From positions 1 to 26,882 of the forward strand of contig NW_021835677.1 in the NCBI RefSeq assembly GCF_006345805.1: a stretch of DNA of 26,882 bases, given 5' to 3'. The notes under the pieces are model-generated. The model was given only the letters and a program-made list of their open reading frames with translations. It ran no database searches and was not told where the DNA came from. Position numbers and translations under genes: made by a program. This document shows, in pieces, positions 11,126-22,364 of the stretch. The stretch's first letter is position 1; every line of letters starts with the position of its first letter. This DNA comes from Octopus sinensis. Lineage: Eukaryota.

Positions 11126-11478
11126 TATAGTGTACTAAATATGTGAATACATCTATGATGCAGTCCTCCATATACAAGAGAACCACCAGCTGGTTTCAAT
11201 CGGAAACCCTACAGATCCAGGATCACCATTACAATTAACTGCACAAGCCTGCGTCCAACGCTTGTCCTCCATTCAACCGAACTATTTTTGCTACACCCAT
11301 CTACATTTTTTACAAATTTACTAGGAGAGAGCACTTCTCTTTCCAACCTCACAGCTAATTGTGGAATCTAACAGAAGTTGAAGAAGATGAAGGGATGAGA
11401 ATCTAACCGAAGATGAAAGGAACTGTTGTCAATCGTTCGAACCTCTTCCATCGCACCATTGTTAGACGGTGGAATATC

Positions 11479-11710
11479 TATTTCTTTACTACCCACCAGG
11501 GGCCAAACACAGAGGGGACAAACACGGACAGACATAGGTATTAAGTCGATTACATCGACCCCAGTGCGTAACTGGTACTTAATTTATCGACCCCGAAAGG
11601 ATGAAAGGCAAAGTCGACCTCGGCGGAATTTGAACTCAGAACGTAACTGCAGACGAAATACGGCTACGCATTTCGCCCGGCATGCTAACGTTTCAGCCAG
11701 CTCGCCGCCT
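11479..11710 (-). mobile_element. Full-length SINE family B, tail type 1, with 16-bp TSD
   Basis: TSD tagacggtggaatatc at 11463-11478 and 11711-11726; same head, core and tail as 7773-8006. Confidence 0.92.
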
Positions 11711-12141
11711 TAGACGGTGGAATATCGCCTGTGCGACCTTGCTAAAGGTAGGTTATAGAGAGATTCTTCCAATAGACTCGGTCCATTCTCGGATTCATTC
11801 TACACGCGACAGCAGCAGTTGGACATAACTACACAAGTAATGTTCGGACATTGTACGAGTGCTACTGTACAGTTTCGTGCCCTCCGCTCATCTCAGGCGT
11901 TCTCTCCTGGCGGAACTTTTGTATCCTTAAGGAGCACTCGCAGGCTAGGCATTTCTGGAAGTTATCCATGATAATTTCCGGCCTGAAAATCCTTCAAAAT
12001 GCACCAGCAAGTTCGTCCTCGTTGACGCCTCCGTTTCCCCCGAGTATGTCATCGCTCTAACCCATTACTAGATCTTTACGTATTGCTCAACATAGAACCT
12101 CAACTGATCGCTGGTAGAGGGCGGTGAACGCCTGACGACTG

Positions 12142-12232
12142 TTTCAAAATTTGACACAAGGCCAGCAATTTTAGAGGGGAGGGAGTTTGTCGATACCATC
12201 GGCCCTATTACTTGACTGATACTATATTTTTT
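12142..12232 (-). mobile_element. SINE family B 3' fragment, tail type 2
   Basis: tttcaaaatttgacacaaggccagcaattttagagggg matches the tails at 16375 and 26614. Confidence 0.6.
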
Positions 12233-12246
12233 AAATATTTTTTATT

Positions 12247-12249
<3 letters not shown>

Positions 12250-12295
<46 letters not shown>

Positions 12296-12358
12296 TATTA
12301 TTATTATTGTTGCTACTGCTACTGTGTTGTTGTTGTTGTTATTATCATTCTTCTTCTT

Positions 12359-12430
<72 letters not shown>
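12250..12430. repeat. Compound trinucleotide tract (AAT)n(TGT)n(CTT)n(TAT)n
   Basis: Seen directly. Confidence 0.95.
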
Positions 12431-13208
12431 GTCGGCAGCCTGGCAAGCCACGCTTAACCTCACTCCATAGATTTCATAAGGAAAAAAAACACGAAATAGT
12501 CTTATTTACACTCTTCAATTTATATCACCGTGGAGAACAAGTTATTTGCTGTCAAGTGGTGAGTTTAATTTCCTGTTTTGTCCCCCAGCTTTGGGGGACA
12601 GGTCAAATGTTTTTTTTTCAAGCAAAGTTGTGTGCGTTTTCCCCCCCATCATGGAGAAAACTCCAAACGCGGTGACGCTCATATGTGAGAGTGCAGAGAA
12701 AGTGAGGAGCGCCAACAAACGCCAATGAGAGAGAATGAATGCGTGCAAAATGACTTCCATCTGAAAAACAAAACAGACGATAGTCGTATTTTTCTCGAGA
12801 AAAGAGATAAAATGGATAACAGAGCCAATTTTTTCAAGAAGGATCACACAGAAGATGTTTTTGAAAAGCAAAAGCTCTGTTTTTAACAACATTATTCGAA
12901 GTGAAAACATTAATTTCGAAAATTGTAAGCAGTGAAAGCGCTTCTATGAGCGAGGCGGCGGATAAGTTGACTACAAATAACAACAACAACAACAACAACA
13001 ACAAAAACAACAGCAACAAACAAATTAAAGACAGTAACATTACAAACTACATGGCAATAAACTAAAAAAACGATGAATTAATGAGATATATAGTAACACG
13101 CACAAACATTACTTCAAAAGATTTTTTCACATCAACATTCTCCCTACCTGCACACATACAAATCATTCAAACAACATAAAACATATACAGACACACTTAA
13201 AAACCCAT

Positions 13209-14811
13209 TTCCCACAGGAAATCGGTGATTTTCGAGGGAATATCACCAAGAGAATTCTTGATGATTTGCTGTTGGAAACACCCCAAGCCAACAGGAGGGA
13301 AGGACAATCCACCCCTCAAGCAAAATCAAGTAAGTTTTCCTTTCCTTCTTTCTCTTTTTCAGACAACATGGTCGTGTACAAAATAGGCAGCGAGAATGCA
13401 CGTGACCTGGGGTTGCCTTGGCAGCGGGGTCACTTGCTCAACTAAATATCGACGTAGTAGCCATTAGTGAAACCAGAATTTCCGACTCAAGGGACTTCCG
13501 ACCTATTTTCGGGGACTATGAGGTGTACGCTTCACTAAGTCGTCCGGGAGCGGGAGGAGGAGTCACCGTGATAGTTCGGAAAGATCTGGGACTTGCAATA
13601 TGGACGATCTTCCTGGATTCGGGAGGTAAGTCGGTGGTCCTGGGACGAGTTAACGAGCAGGGTGACTGCTCTCTCTTGTACGTACTGACTCTCTTTTGGA
13701 AAGTGAAAGGAAAAGTGCGACGACGTTCTTGAGGAGACCTTGGGCGTCGAAGAAGATCAGCTCGTCGCTCTTTTCCGGAGAACTTTCGAGCCGGGACCAA
13801 TGGACAATTTCCAAAAACCCCTGGCCTGGCAGTGCTACCGCGGAGCTTTGCCTGTTCGAGATAAACTTTACAGGCACGGAAGTGCCGTCAGCAGAGCATG
13901 TCCGAGATGCGTATGTCCAGGACGACAGAACATTCCTGCATGCACCCGTCCCTCCCCGAGTATTGCTGACCCGTGGGTTTATATCGAACAAATGCTGTCG
14001 CGTGTGGGACGGATTCGGCTATCAACTGAATCCATCGTGAATATCTCCACGCCGCCTTCCTTTAACCGGGAAGGAAAGGCTGTTTTTATATGTCTGGTGG
14101 CCATGGCGAAAGAAGTTGTTTGGTGGGCAAGATTAAAGGGGTTCAAGACTAACACTTTTCTCTTTGGCTAATCCCTTATGAGTTTTTTTCAAGTTTCACT
14201 TGAAAAGGAAAATAAGGGTAGAGAGGGAAATGTTGTCTTCTAGTCAGTTTGCCGAAAGGTGGATGAAAGTGGCAAGAATGGTACGAGTGAACGGGCTTGC
14301 TTTGAGCATACGCCTGTAGTTGGAAAGAGGAATGGGAGCAAAAATAGGCACCTGCCCCAAAAGTCAAGGTACCCATGGTTTTTATGGGGTTTTCCATGAG
14401 CAACCCTCGAACGTCTCCTCCCTATTGAGGATTACACATTGTTGACTTATAAAAAAAAATTATTATTGTTTAACCCTTTTGATACCAACCCGGCCAAAAC
14501 CGCATCTGGCTCTGCAGTACAAATGTCTTGTTTTCATAAGTTTTGAATTAAAATCTTCCACCAAACCTTAGTCACAATTTATGTTCCTGACACTAGCTTA
14601 ATGATAACTAAGTTATTTTACTAAATTCTTTGTTATATTTAAAAGAAATTGAATGAAACACAGAGCATCTCAAAATAAATACGGTAACGAAAGAGTTAAA
14701 CGCAAAACCCCCAAAACTACACACACTCATACACACACACTATTTTTGTTTTGTCTTGTGTTGTCCATAATGTTTTATTTTCATGTAAACCCTGGTGGCT
14801 AATAAAGAAAT
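13209..14811 (+). mobile_element. Internally deleted Tx1-like LINE (EN start, RT motif scrap, C-terminus, 3'UTR)
   Basis: ATG 13368 MVVYKIGSENARDLG..., then NIDVVAISETR (APE endonuclease motifs); EQGDCSLLYVLTL at 13655-13693 (compare RT QGCPLSPLLY); MDNFQKPLAWQCYRGALPVRDKLYRHG...CPRC; stop TAG 14317-14319; 3' terminus ccctggtggctaataaagaaat at 14790-14811, then (TAT)n. The 5' boundary is uncertain, and assigning the 14790 terminus to this copy across the MITE is inferred. Confidence 0.75.
14474..14695. mobile_element. piggyBac-type MITE, 222 bp
   Basis: TTAA at 14470-14473 and 14696-14699; TIR CCCTTTTGATACC versus reverse complement CTCTTTCGTTACC (10/13 match). Confidence 0.75.
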
Positions 14812-14817
14812 CATCAT

Positions 14818-14857
14818 TTATTATTATTATTATTACTATTATTATTATTACTATTAC

Positions 14858-14916
<59 letters not shown>
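14818..14916. repeat. (TAT)n microsatellite
   Basis: Seen directly. Confidence 0.95.
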
Positions 14917-15103
14917 GGGCGACGAGCTGGCAGAATCTTTAGCACGCTGAGCAAAATGCTTAGCGGCATTTCGCCGGTCTTTACATTCTGAGTTCAAATG
15001 CCGCCGAAGTCGTCTTCGCCTTTCATCCTTTCGGAGTCGATGAAATAAGTACCAGTTGAGTGCTGGGGTCGATGTAAATTCCCCCTAAATTGCTAGCCAA
15101 AAT
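14917..15103 (+). mobile_element. SINE family B copy, degraded tail resembling type 2
   Basis: ggcgacgagctggcagaatc...gagttcaaatgcc...gcctttcatcctttcggagtcgatgaaataagtaccag...ccctaaattgctagcc. Confidence 0.8.
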
Positions 15104-15649
15104 CCTATGCCAAAATCCTCCTCCTCCTCTTCCTCCTCTTCCTCCTCCTCCTCCTCACCGCCGCCGCCGCCGTCGTCATCATTAGCATCACCATTATTCG
15201 GCACTAATAACGCGAAGACGTTGTTTTCTCTTCTCCCTTCGAAACATTTTCTATTCAAACACCGGAAATTTTCTGTCGAGTACTTGAAATATATGAAATA
15301 CAATTGTCTAAGGAATGGTTGTACTCGATTGCTAGGGGTAGAAACCTGAAAAAAGACATTTGTTCTACAAATTTTTGAAAATTCTATTTACACGTATTAC
15401 ATTTTTACATCTTCATAAGCAAGATGGCTACGGCACATAATTATGCAACGCAACAAAGCATTGACATAAAAACATAACAAAATGTACAAAAAGAAACAGA
15501 AAAATAAGCTGTTTAGTGAAGAATTAAAAGAAAAAAATCATGCTATACAAACTCCAGTAAGTAACTAGGAAGACGGCAGCAGTAAAAACAACAATAACAA
15601 CAATACCAACTATTACACAATTCTAAGTACTACGATCTTAACAACAACA

Positions 15650-15837
15650 GCAATGGCCCAGTGGTTAGGGCAGCGGACTTGCGGTCGTAAGAACGCGGTT
15701 TCGATTCCCATACCGGGCATTGTGAGTGTTTATTGAGCAAAAATACCTAAGCTCAACGAGGCCCTGGCGGGGGGTCGTGGTGAACCCCGTTGTACTCTTT
15801 CACCACAACTGTCTCTCAATCTTTCTTCCTACTTCTG
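15650..15837 (+). mobile_element. tRNA-derived SINE family C, 5' part
   Basis: A-box tggcccagtgg, B-box ggtttcgattccc, tRNA-like head followed by a non-tRNA body. Not an intact tRNA: no acceptor stem is evident. Confidence 0.75.
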
Positions 15838-16148
15838 CCACAAAGCAGAGGAACCATGGTGTAACCCACTATGGTGTGGTAAACTTTCAGACTCTAGTCT
15901 AGATTGCGAATCCTCTGTACCCCAGGATGATTCAGCTCTCCACCCATTAAAAGGCACCGTTTACGGAATGAGGTTAACAACGTAGCTTTCGCACCCGTGC
16001 AACCGCCTGTGGGTGGATCTTCAAGTTGCCGCACGCATTCTTAGTAGCTTAGAGTAGGCTCGAATTAGAGATTATTCTTTGTGACTAATGGCGTGAGTCC
16101 TGATTGGAAGAAGACAACAGTAATAAAAGCAACAACAATAACAATAAT

Positions 16149-16361
16149 CTTTTCTATTATAGGCACAAGGCCTGAAATTTGGCGCGAGGAGGCCAGTCGA
16201 TTAGACTGACCTCTGTACGCAACTGGTACTTAATTTATTGATCCCAAAAGGATGAAAGGCAAAGTCAATCTCGGTAGAATTTGAACTCAGAAAGTAAAAA
16301 CGGACGAAATGCCACCTAGCATCTTGTCCGACATGCTAACGACTCTGTTTGCTCGCCGCCT
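16149..16361 (-). mobile_element. SINE family B, tail type 3, degraded
   Basis: Same head and core; minus-strand tail aaatttcaggccttgtgcctataatagaaaag. Confidence 0.75.
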
Positions 16362-16374
16362 TAACTACGATAGA

Positions 16375-16585
16375 GATTTCAAATTTTGGCACAAGGCCAT
16401 CAATTTCGAGGGAGGAGTAAGTCGATTAGATCAATCTGTGTTCACCCGGTACTTATTTTATTGACTCCAAAACGATAAAAGGCAAATTCAACCTCAAGGG
16501 AATTTGAACACAGAACGTAAAGAGAGACGAAATGCCGCTAAGCATTTTTCTCGGCGCCGTAACGATCCTATCAGCTCGTCGCCTT
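16375..16585 (-). mobile_element. SINE family B, tail type 2, degraded
   Basis: Same head and core; minus-strand tail cctcgaaattgatggccttgtgccaaaatttgaaatc. Confidence 0.75.
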
Positions 16586-16679
16586 AGCAACAATAATAAC
16601 AATTTTAATTTGAGCGAAAATTTATATATTTATTTCTTCACGAATAGTTCATTAACAAGATGGAAACCGCCAATTTTGC

Positions 16680-16996
16680 AATACATACATACATACATAC
16701 ATACATACATACATACATACATACATACATACATAAATACATACACACTTGTATGTATTTATACAAATAAATATGCGAAATAAGAGAAACAAAAAGCATA
16801 CATTCCGACTTCGGATGTATCAGGTGTCCACACATGTGTCCACACATGTGTCTACACATGCGCACAAATATAAAAGTATGTGCGCACATGCACAAACACC
16901 GGCGTACATAAATATATGCATACATACAGACGGACATGACATAAATACATATACGCATATATATATATATGTTATTTATTATTTATATTATATATA

Positions 16997-17069
<73 letters not shown>

Positions 17070-17079
17070 ATATATATAA

Positions 17080-17155
<76 letters not shown>

Positions 17156-17284
17156 AAATGTATATACATATGCATACTCTCACTTTCAGAGCACATGTCT
17201 TTACATGTGCAAATGTGCATGTATGTGTTCAAATATTTCAATATATTTTTGCATGTACGTATGTATATATACATTATACATATA

Positions 17285-17343
<59 letters not shown>

Positions 17344-17799
17344 TCATATATAATATAATGATAATATATATATATGCGTTTTGTCATAAGCTGTATTTTT
17401 ATGTTAGTGTCTGTATATGCCCATGAGTGTGATGTCATTATGCATATATATATATATATGTATATACACACGTACATATTTTTACGCGTGAATGTGTTTA
17501 TGACAATTTATGTGTTAAATGTGTTTTGTGTACAGCATATGGGTGTAGGTGTGTGTGAATGTGTGTGCTCGAAGGTAAGCATGTGTGTAAGTATGCATGC
17601 ACATGTATGTCTGTACAAAAAATTTATTCAATGTTTGCTTACCGCGCTTGCTATGGTTAGAAGAAAACTTAAATTGACTTTTAAGTTCGTGTGTGAGTGT
17701 CTGTGTTTGTGTGTGTGTTTAACATGTATCTTTATATGTATATGTGTGAGTGTGTGTGTGTATATATATATGTAGATATATATATATATATATATAAAT

Positions 17800-17830
<31 letters not shown>

Positions 17831-17950
17831 ACTATATATATGTAACTATATGATTACATATTAATACATGCATCTATACGTAACAATGAGTACATATATA
17901 TACACATATATATGTATATATAATATATTATATATATATAATATATACAC
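16680..17950. repeat. (ATAC)n, (TA)n and (TG)n microsatellite field
   Basis: Seen directly. Confidence 0.9.
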
Positions 17951-18261
17951 TTTGTATATAATTAATGCCAGATATAACAACACAGCAACACCCACAACAG
18001 CAGTATAACAAAAACAACAACAACAGCAGCAACAGCAACAACAACAACAGTAACAACAACAACAACAACAACAACAACAGCAATGGAAAAAATGAAACGA
18101 AACGTGGAGTACTGAAACGAGGCAACACAAAAATAATAAACGAAGCGAATATAAGATGTTGACAACAGAAAGTGGAAAGGAAAAAAAAACACTGGCTGGA
18201 TAACAAGGAGAGGATGGTGTAGCATTAGAAGAAAATATGATGCTGCAGAAGGAGATGAATG

Positions 18262-18267
18262 ATTATG

Positions 18268-18342
<75 letters not shown>

Positions 18343-18436
18343 GATGACGACGATGATGATGATGATGACGACGATGATGATGATAATGATGATAATAATG
18401 ATGGTGATAATAATGATAATAATAATAATAATAATG

Positions 18437-18468
<32 letters not shown>

Positions 18469-18956
18469 GATGATGATGACGATGATGATAATAATGATGG
18501 TGATAATAATGATAATAATAATAATAATAATAATGATGATGATGATGATGATGATGACGACGACGATGATGATGATGAGGATGATGACGACGATGATGAT
18601 GATAATGATGATAATAATGATGGTTATGATAATAATAATAATAATAATGATGATGATGATGTTAATAAAACAATAATAATGATAATATAATAATAATAAT
18701 AATAATAATAGCAATAATAATATAATAATAGTAATAATAATAATATGATGATGATGATGATAATGATGATGATGATAATGATGATGATGATAATGATGAT
18801 GATGATGATGATGATAATAATGATAATAATAATAATGATGATAATGATGATATAATAATAATATAAATAATAATAATAATGATGATGATGTTGATAATAA
18901 TAATAATGATAGTGATAATAATAATGATAATAATGGTGATGATGATAATAATAATG

Positions 18957-19031
<75 letters not shown>

Positions 19032-19238
19032 GTGATGGTGATGATGATGATGATGATGATCATGATAATGACAATGGCAATAACAAAATTATCAAAATAA
19101 ATATTGCTATCGTTATTATTATTTTTATTATTGATGATGATGACGATGTTGATGATGATAATATAAAGAATGAAAAATAAATTTAATAATGATAAAAAAT
19201 TTTTTTTAATGATAATAAACATTACAATAATGATAATA
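18262..19238. repeat. About 1 kb (AAT)n/(GAT)n compound tract with higher-order units
   Basis: Seen directly. Confidence 0.95.
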
Positions 19239-19350
19239 ATTTCTTTTATTTGCCACAGGGGACATTGGACGAGTAGGGGACATTACAAGGACAGTATACA
19301 ATTTACGTTGGAGACATATATGAAAGTGATGAGGGAAAAGAAAGGGTGAG
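19239..19350 (-). mobile_element. Short 3' terminal fragment of a Tx1-like LINE
   Basis: Minus strand cttgtaatgtcccctactcgtccaatgtcccctgtggcaaataaaagaaatt, then (ATT)n; similar to 10585-10630. Confidence 0.6.
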
Positions 19351-19504
19351 TGGTGAAGAATAATAATCATGTTGCTGCTGCTGCTGATGAGGATGATGAT
19401 GATAATGATGATGGCGACGACCATGATGACAATGATTGCTTTTATAACTTTTATTGTATTATGCCATTTATATCATCATCATCATCGTTGTCATCGTCGC
19501 CGTC

Positions 19505-19547
19505 CTCCTCCTCCTCCTTCTCCTCATTATTGTTATTATTATTATTA

Positions 19548-19600
<53 letters not shown>

Positions 19601-20030
19601 GTTATTATTATTATTTTATTATTATTATTGTTATATTATTATTATTATTATTATTTATTATTGTTATTATTATTGGTTATTATTATTATTGTTATTATTT
19701 ATTATTATTATTATTTTATTATTATTGTTATTATTAATATTGTTATTATTATTATTATTGTTATTATTATTATTGTTATTATTATTGTTATTATTATTAT
19801 TATTATTATTGTTATTATTATTATTATTGTTATTATTATTATTGTTGTTATTATTATTATTATTGTTATTATTATTATTGTTATTATTATTATTATTATT
19901 ATTGTTATTGTTATTATTATTATTATTATTATTGTTATTATTATTATTATTATTGTTATTATTATTATTGTTATTATTATTGTTATTATTGTTATTGTTA
20001 TCATTGTTGTTGTCGTTGTTGTTGTTGTAC
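19505..20030. repeat. (TAT/TGT)n tract
   Basis: Seen directly. Confidence 0.95.
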
Positions 20031-20254
20031 ATTATAAGACAAAAAAAAGAAAAAGAGAAAGAATGAAAACCAAGACGCGGGGAATGAAAAAGGAAGACAA
20101 ACGAGTGGCGAAGGAAGGAAGCAAACAACGGGGGGGGGGAGGAGGAGAAAAGGGTAGATGGTAAGGTGGATGGAGACAATCGCTCATCAACTGGCTTCAT
20201 TTGTATGGAACACTCTAATTTTAGCCGATTGTTAAATTATGGAAAAATGTTCCT

Positions 20255-20836
20255 TGTATGTATGTATGTATGCATGCATGTATGTATGTATGTATGTATG
20301 TATGTATGTATGTATGTATGTATGTATGTATGGGTGTATGTATGTATGTATGTATGCATGCATGCATGTATGCATGTATGTATGCATGGGTGTATGTATG
20401 TATGTATGTATGTATGTATATATATATATATATGCATATCTTTCTCTATATACATATATATGTATATACACACTCTTTCTCACACACACATATATGCATG
20501 TCTCTGTCTTGTTATATATTTATATATTTATGTATGTGTATATATGTATATATATGTATATATATGAATATATGGATGTGCATATCTATGTATGTATGTA
20601 TTGGGAAAAACAAACATTAATACAAAATCAACAGCAACACTATAATTATTTGTGAAGAAAATAACTTCTAAATATACAATTTACCAGGGATTCTATTATT
20701 GGGAAAAAAATACTAAATTTTAATTCAATGGCGGATATATGTGTGCGTGCGTCTGTGGTGCATGGCCATGAGCACGTGTGTATCCAAAGTGTTGGTGTTT
20801 GTGAGTGTAAAAATATAAATATAAATATAAATATAA

Positions 20837-20898
<62 letters not shown>

Positions 20899-20989
20899 AT
20901 CTCTGTACGTGCAAAATCTACTGTCCTGGTTTACGGTGTTGTGCATGATATATATATATATATATATATAATATATATATATATATGTA

Positions 20990-21037
<48 letters not shown>

Positions 21038-21201
21038 ATATTACATGTGTATGTATGTATATGTATGTATATTACCTATCTATCTATATAAATATGTATG
21101 TATATATACATACGTATTTGTGTATCTATGCTTAGATGATGTTTGCATATATGTGTACATGTAATTATATATATATATATAATATGTAATATATATAAAT
21201 A

Positions 21202-21240
<39 letters not shown>

Positions 21241-21280
21241 CATACATAATATATTTATATATATATATATATATATATAT
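20255..21280. repeat. (TATG)n, (TA)n and (ATCT)n field; element-free (ATCT)n at about 20837-20900
   Basis: Seen directly. Confidence 0.9.
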
Positions 21281-21282
21281 GT

Positions 21283-21318
21283 CAGCATGGCCGTAGCTCT
21301 GAGCTGAAACTAGAAAGA
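21283..21318 (+). mobile_element. Short SINE 3' end scrap, family A-like
   Basis: cagcatggccgtagc...gctgaaac resembles the family A end cagcatggccgcagtcaaatgactgaaac. Confidence 0.4.
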
Positions 21319-21851
21319 AAAAAAAAATATATACATACACACACACGCATGCCTACATGTACATACAGACATAAACATATAATCTAATGATATACGCAAT
21401 AATACCTCTCTTCAGTTTATAATTACCTCATCAAAAACCGCTTAATATTACAACAATATTGCAAACAATAGAGCCGTTTAAGCATGTATATTTTTATACA
21501 TTTAAACATACTGCGTTGCAACAAAATCTATATTTGTAAATATTAAATTAAATATCCATTAAAAGTGCTTGAGACATTAGGCTTAATGTTACACATGCAA
21601 TCATGATCTTCAGGGAAACGTAAAGGAATTTTAAAACCTGTTGTCACTATTTCGATTTAGAATATGTCTTGTTGTAACAGAGAAAGGAATTTCTGATTCT
21701 TCTATAAATCACGGGTAAGAAGATACGGTCGATTGAAAAATCAACATAAGAAAACTCATCGAAGCTAACACGTAAATTATATCGTAAAAATAGCATTCGT
21801 AAATGAACGACATCTTATAGTGTTCTACTTTTTGAGAAAATGATTTAATAA

Positions 21852-22011
21852 ATTCTGTTGTGTCTGGGGAGAGTCATTTTCTTTTTGTGCCTTATAATTT
21901 AACACACTCACCGGTAAAAATAAAAATAAGAAATAAGTGGAAATTTTACCGGTGAGTATGTTAAATTATAAGGCACAAAAAGAAAATGACTCTCCCCAGA
22001 CACAACAGAAT
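21852..22011. repeat. Near-perfect foldback: 68-bp arms, 1 mismatch, 24-nt loop
   Basis: 21852-21919 is the reverse complement of 21944-22011 except for one base. Confidence 0.92.
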
Positions 22012-22364
22012 ATGCTTCAACACACAAACTCATATAAAGAATCTTGCAAACCAAATCCAAAAACGAAATTTGATAAATATATTCTACTTGTATTGGCTGT
22101 TATATATTTTGTCTCCGAGAAAACTTTCACAGAGAGAAGTGTATTAAAACAACAAGGCTTCAGAAAGACGGCAGATCGCCAGCCACAGAGTTTGGCCTGA
22201 TTTGTTTTCGTCAGTGACGTATACTCGGAACATTCTGAGGTAAACTGAAAATGATGGTTTCGATACAGATATCGGTTAAAAATCATTTACTGATTTGTAC
22301 GAAAGCTACCCAGGCTAGAATTATATCAATATATGTACTTGAAATTGCCTTAGATTAAAATACC

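Larger units (their letters stand above)
10585..12140 (-). mobile_element. Old, degraded Tx1-like LINE 3' part, interrupted by two SINEs
   Basis: Minus strand shows relics MDNFQK.L, ETV..ALVQCPNI and FFNF...VRLEREVLSPSKFVK, collinear with 13716-14319. A 3' terminus ccctgtggcaaataaaagata at 10585-10604 runs into (TTA)n. Joining the pieces across SINE A is inferred from orientation and order. Confidence 0.7.

Noticed and set aside
15650-15725. Functional tRNA gene
   Set aside because: A and B boxes are present, but no acceptor stem is evident and it continues into a SINE body.
20160-20250. Cluster of octamer-, Sox- and homeobox-like motifs (ATTTGTAT, TAATT, ATTGTT) as an enhancer
   Set aside because: Such short AT-rich motifs are expected by chance at this base composition; there is no conservation data.
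22205-22215. CTGACGA on the minus strand as a hammerhead core
   Set aside because: No stem II followed by GAAA downstream.
22119-22240. Plus-strand candidate exon (ttcacag| ... gag|gtaaac) and overlapping minus ORF 22017-22286
   Set aside because: All three plus frames contain stops, and the minus peptides match nothing I recognise.
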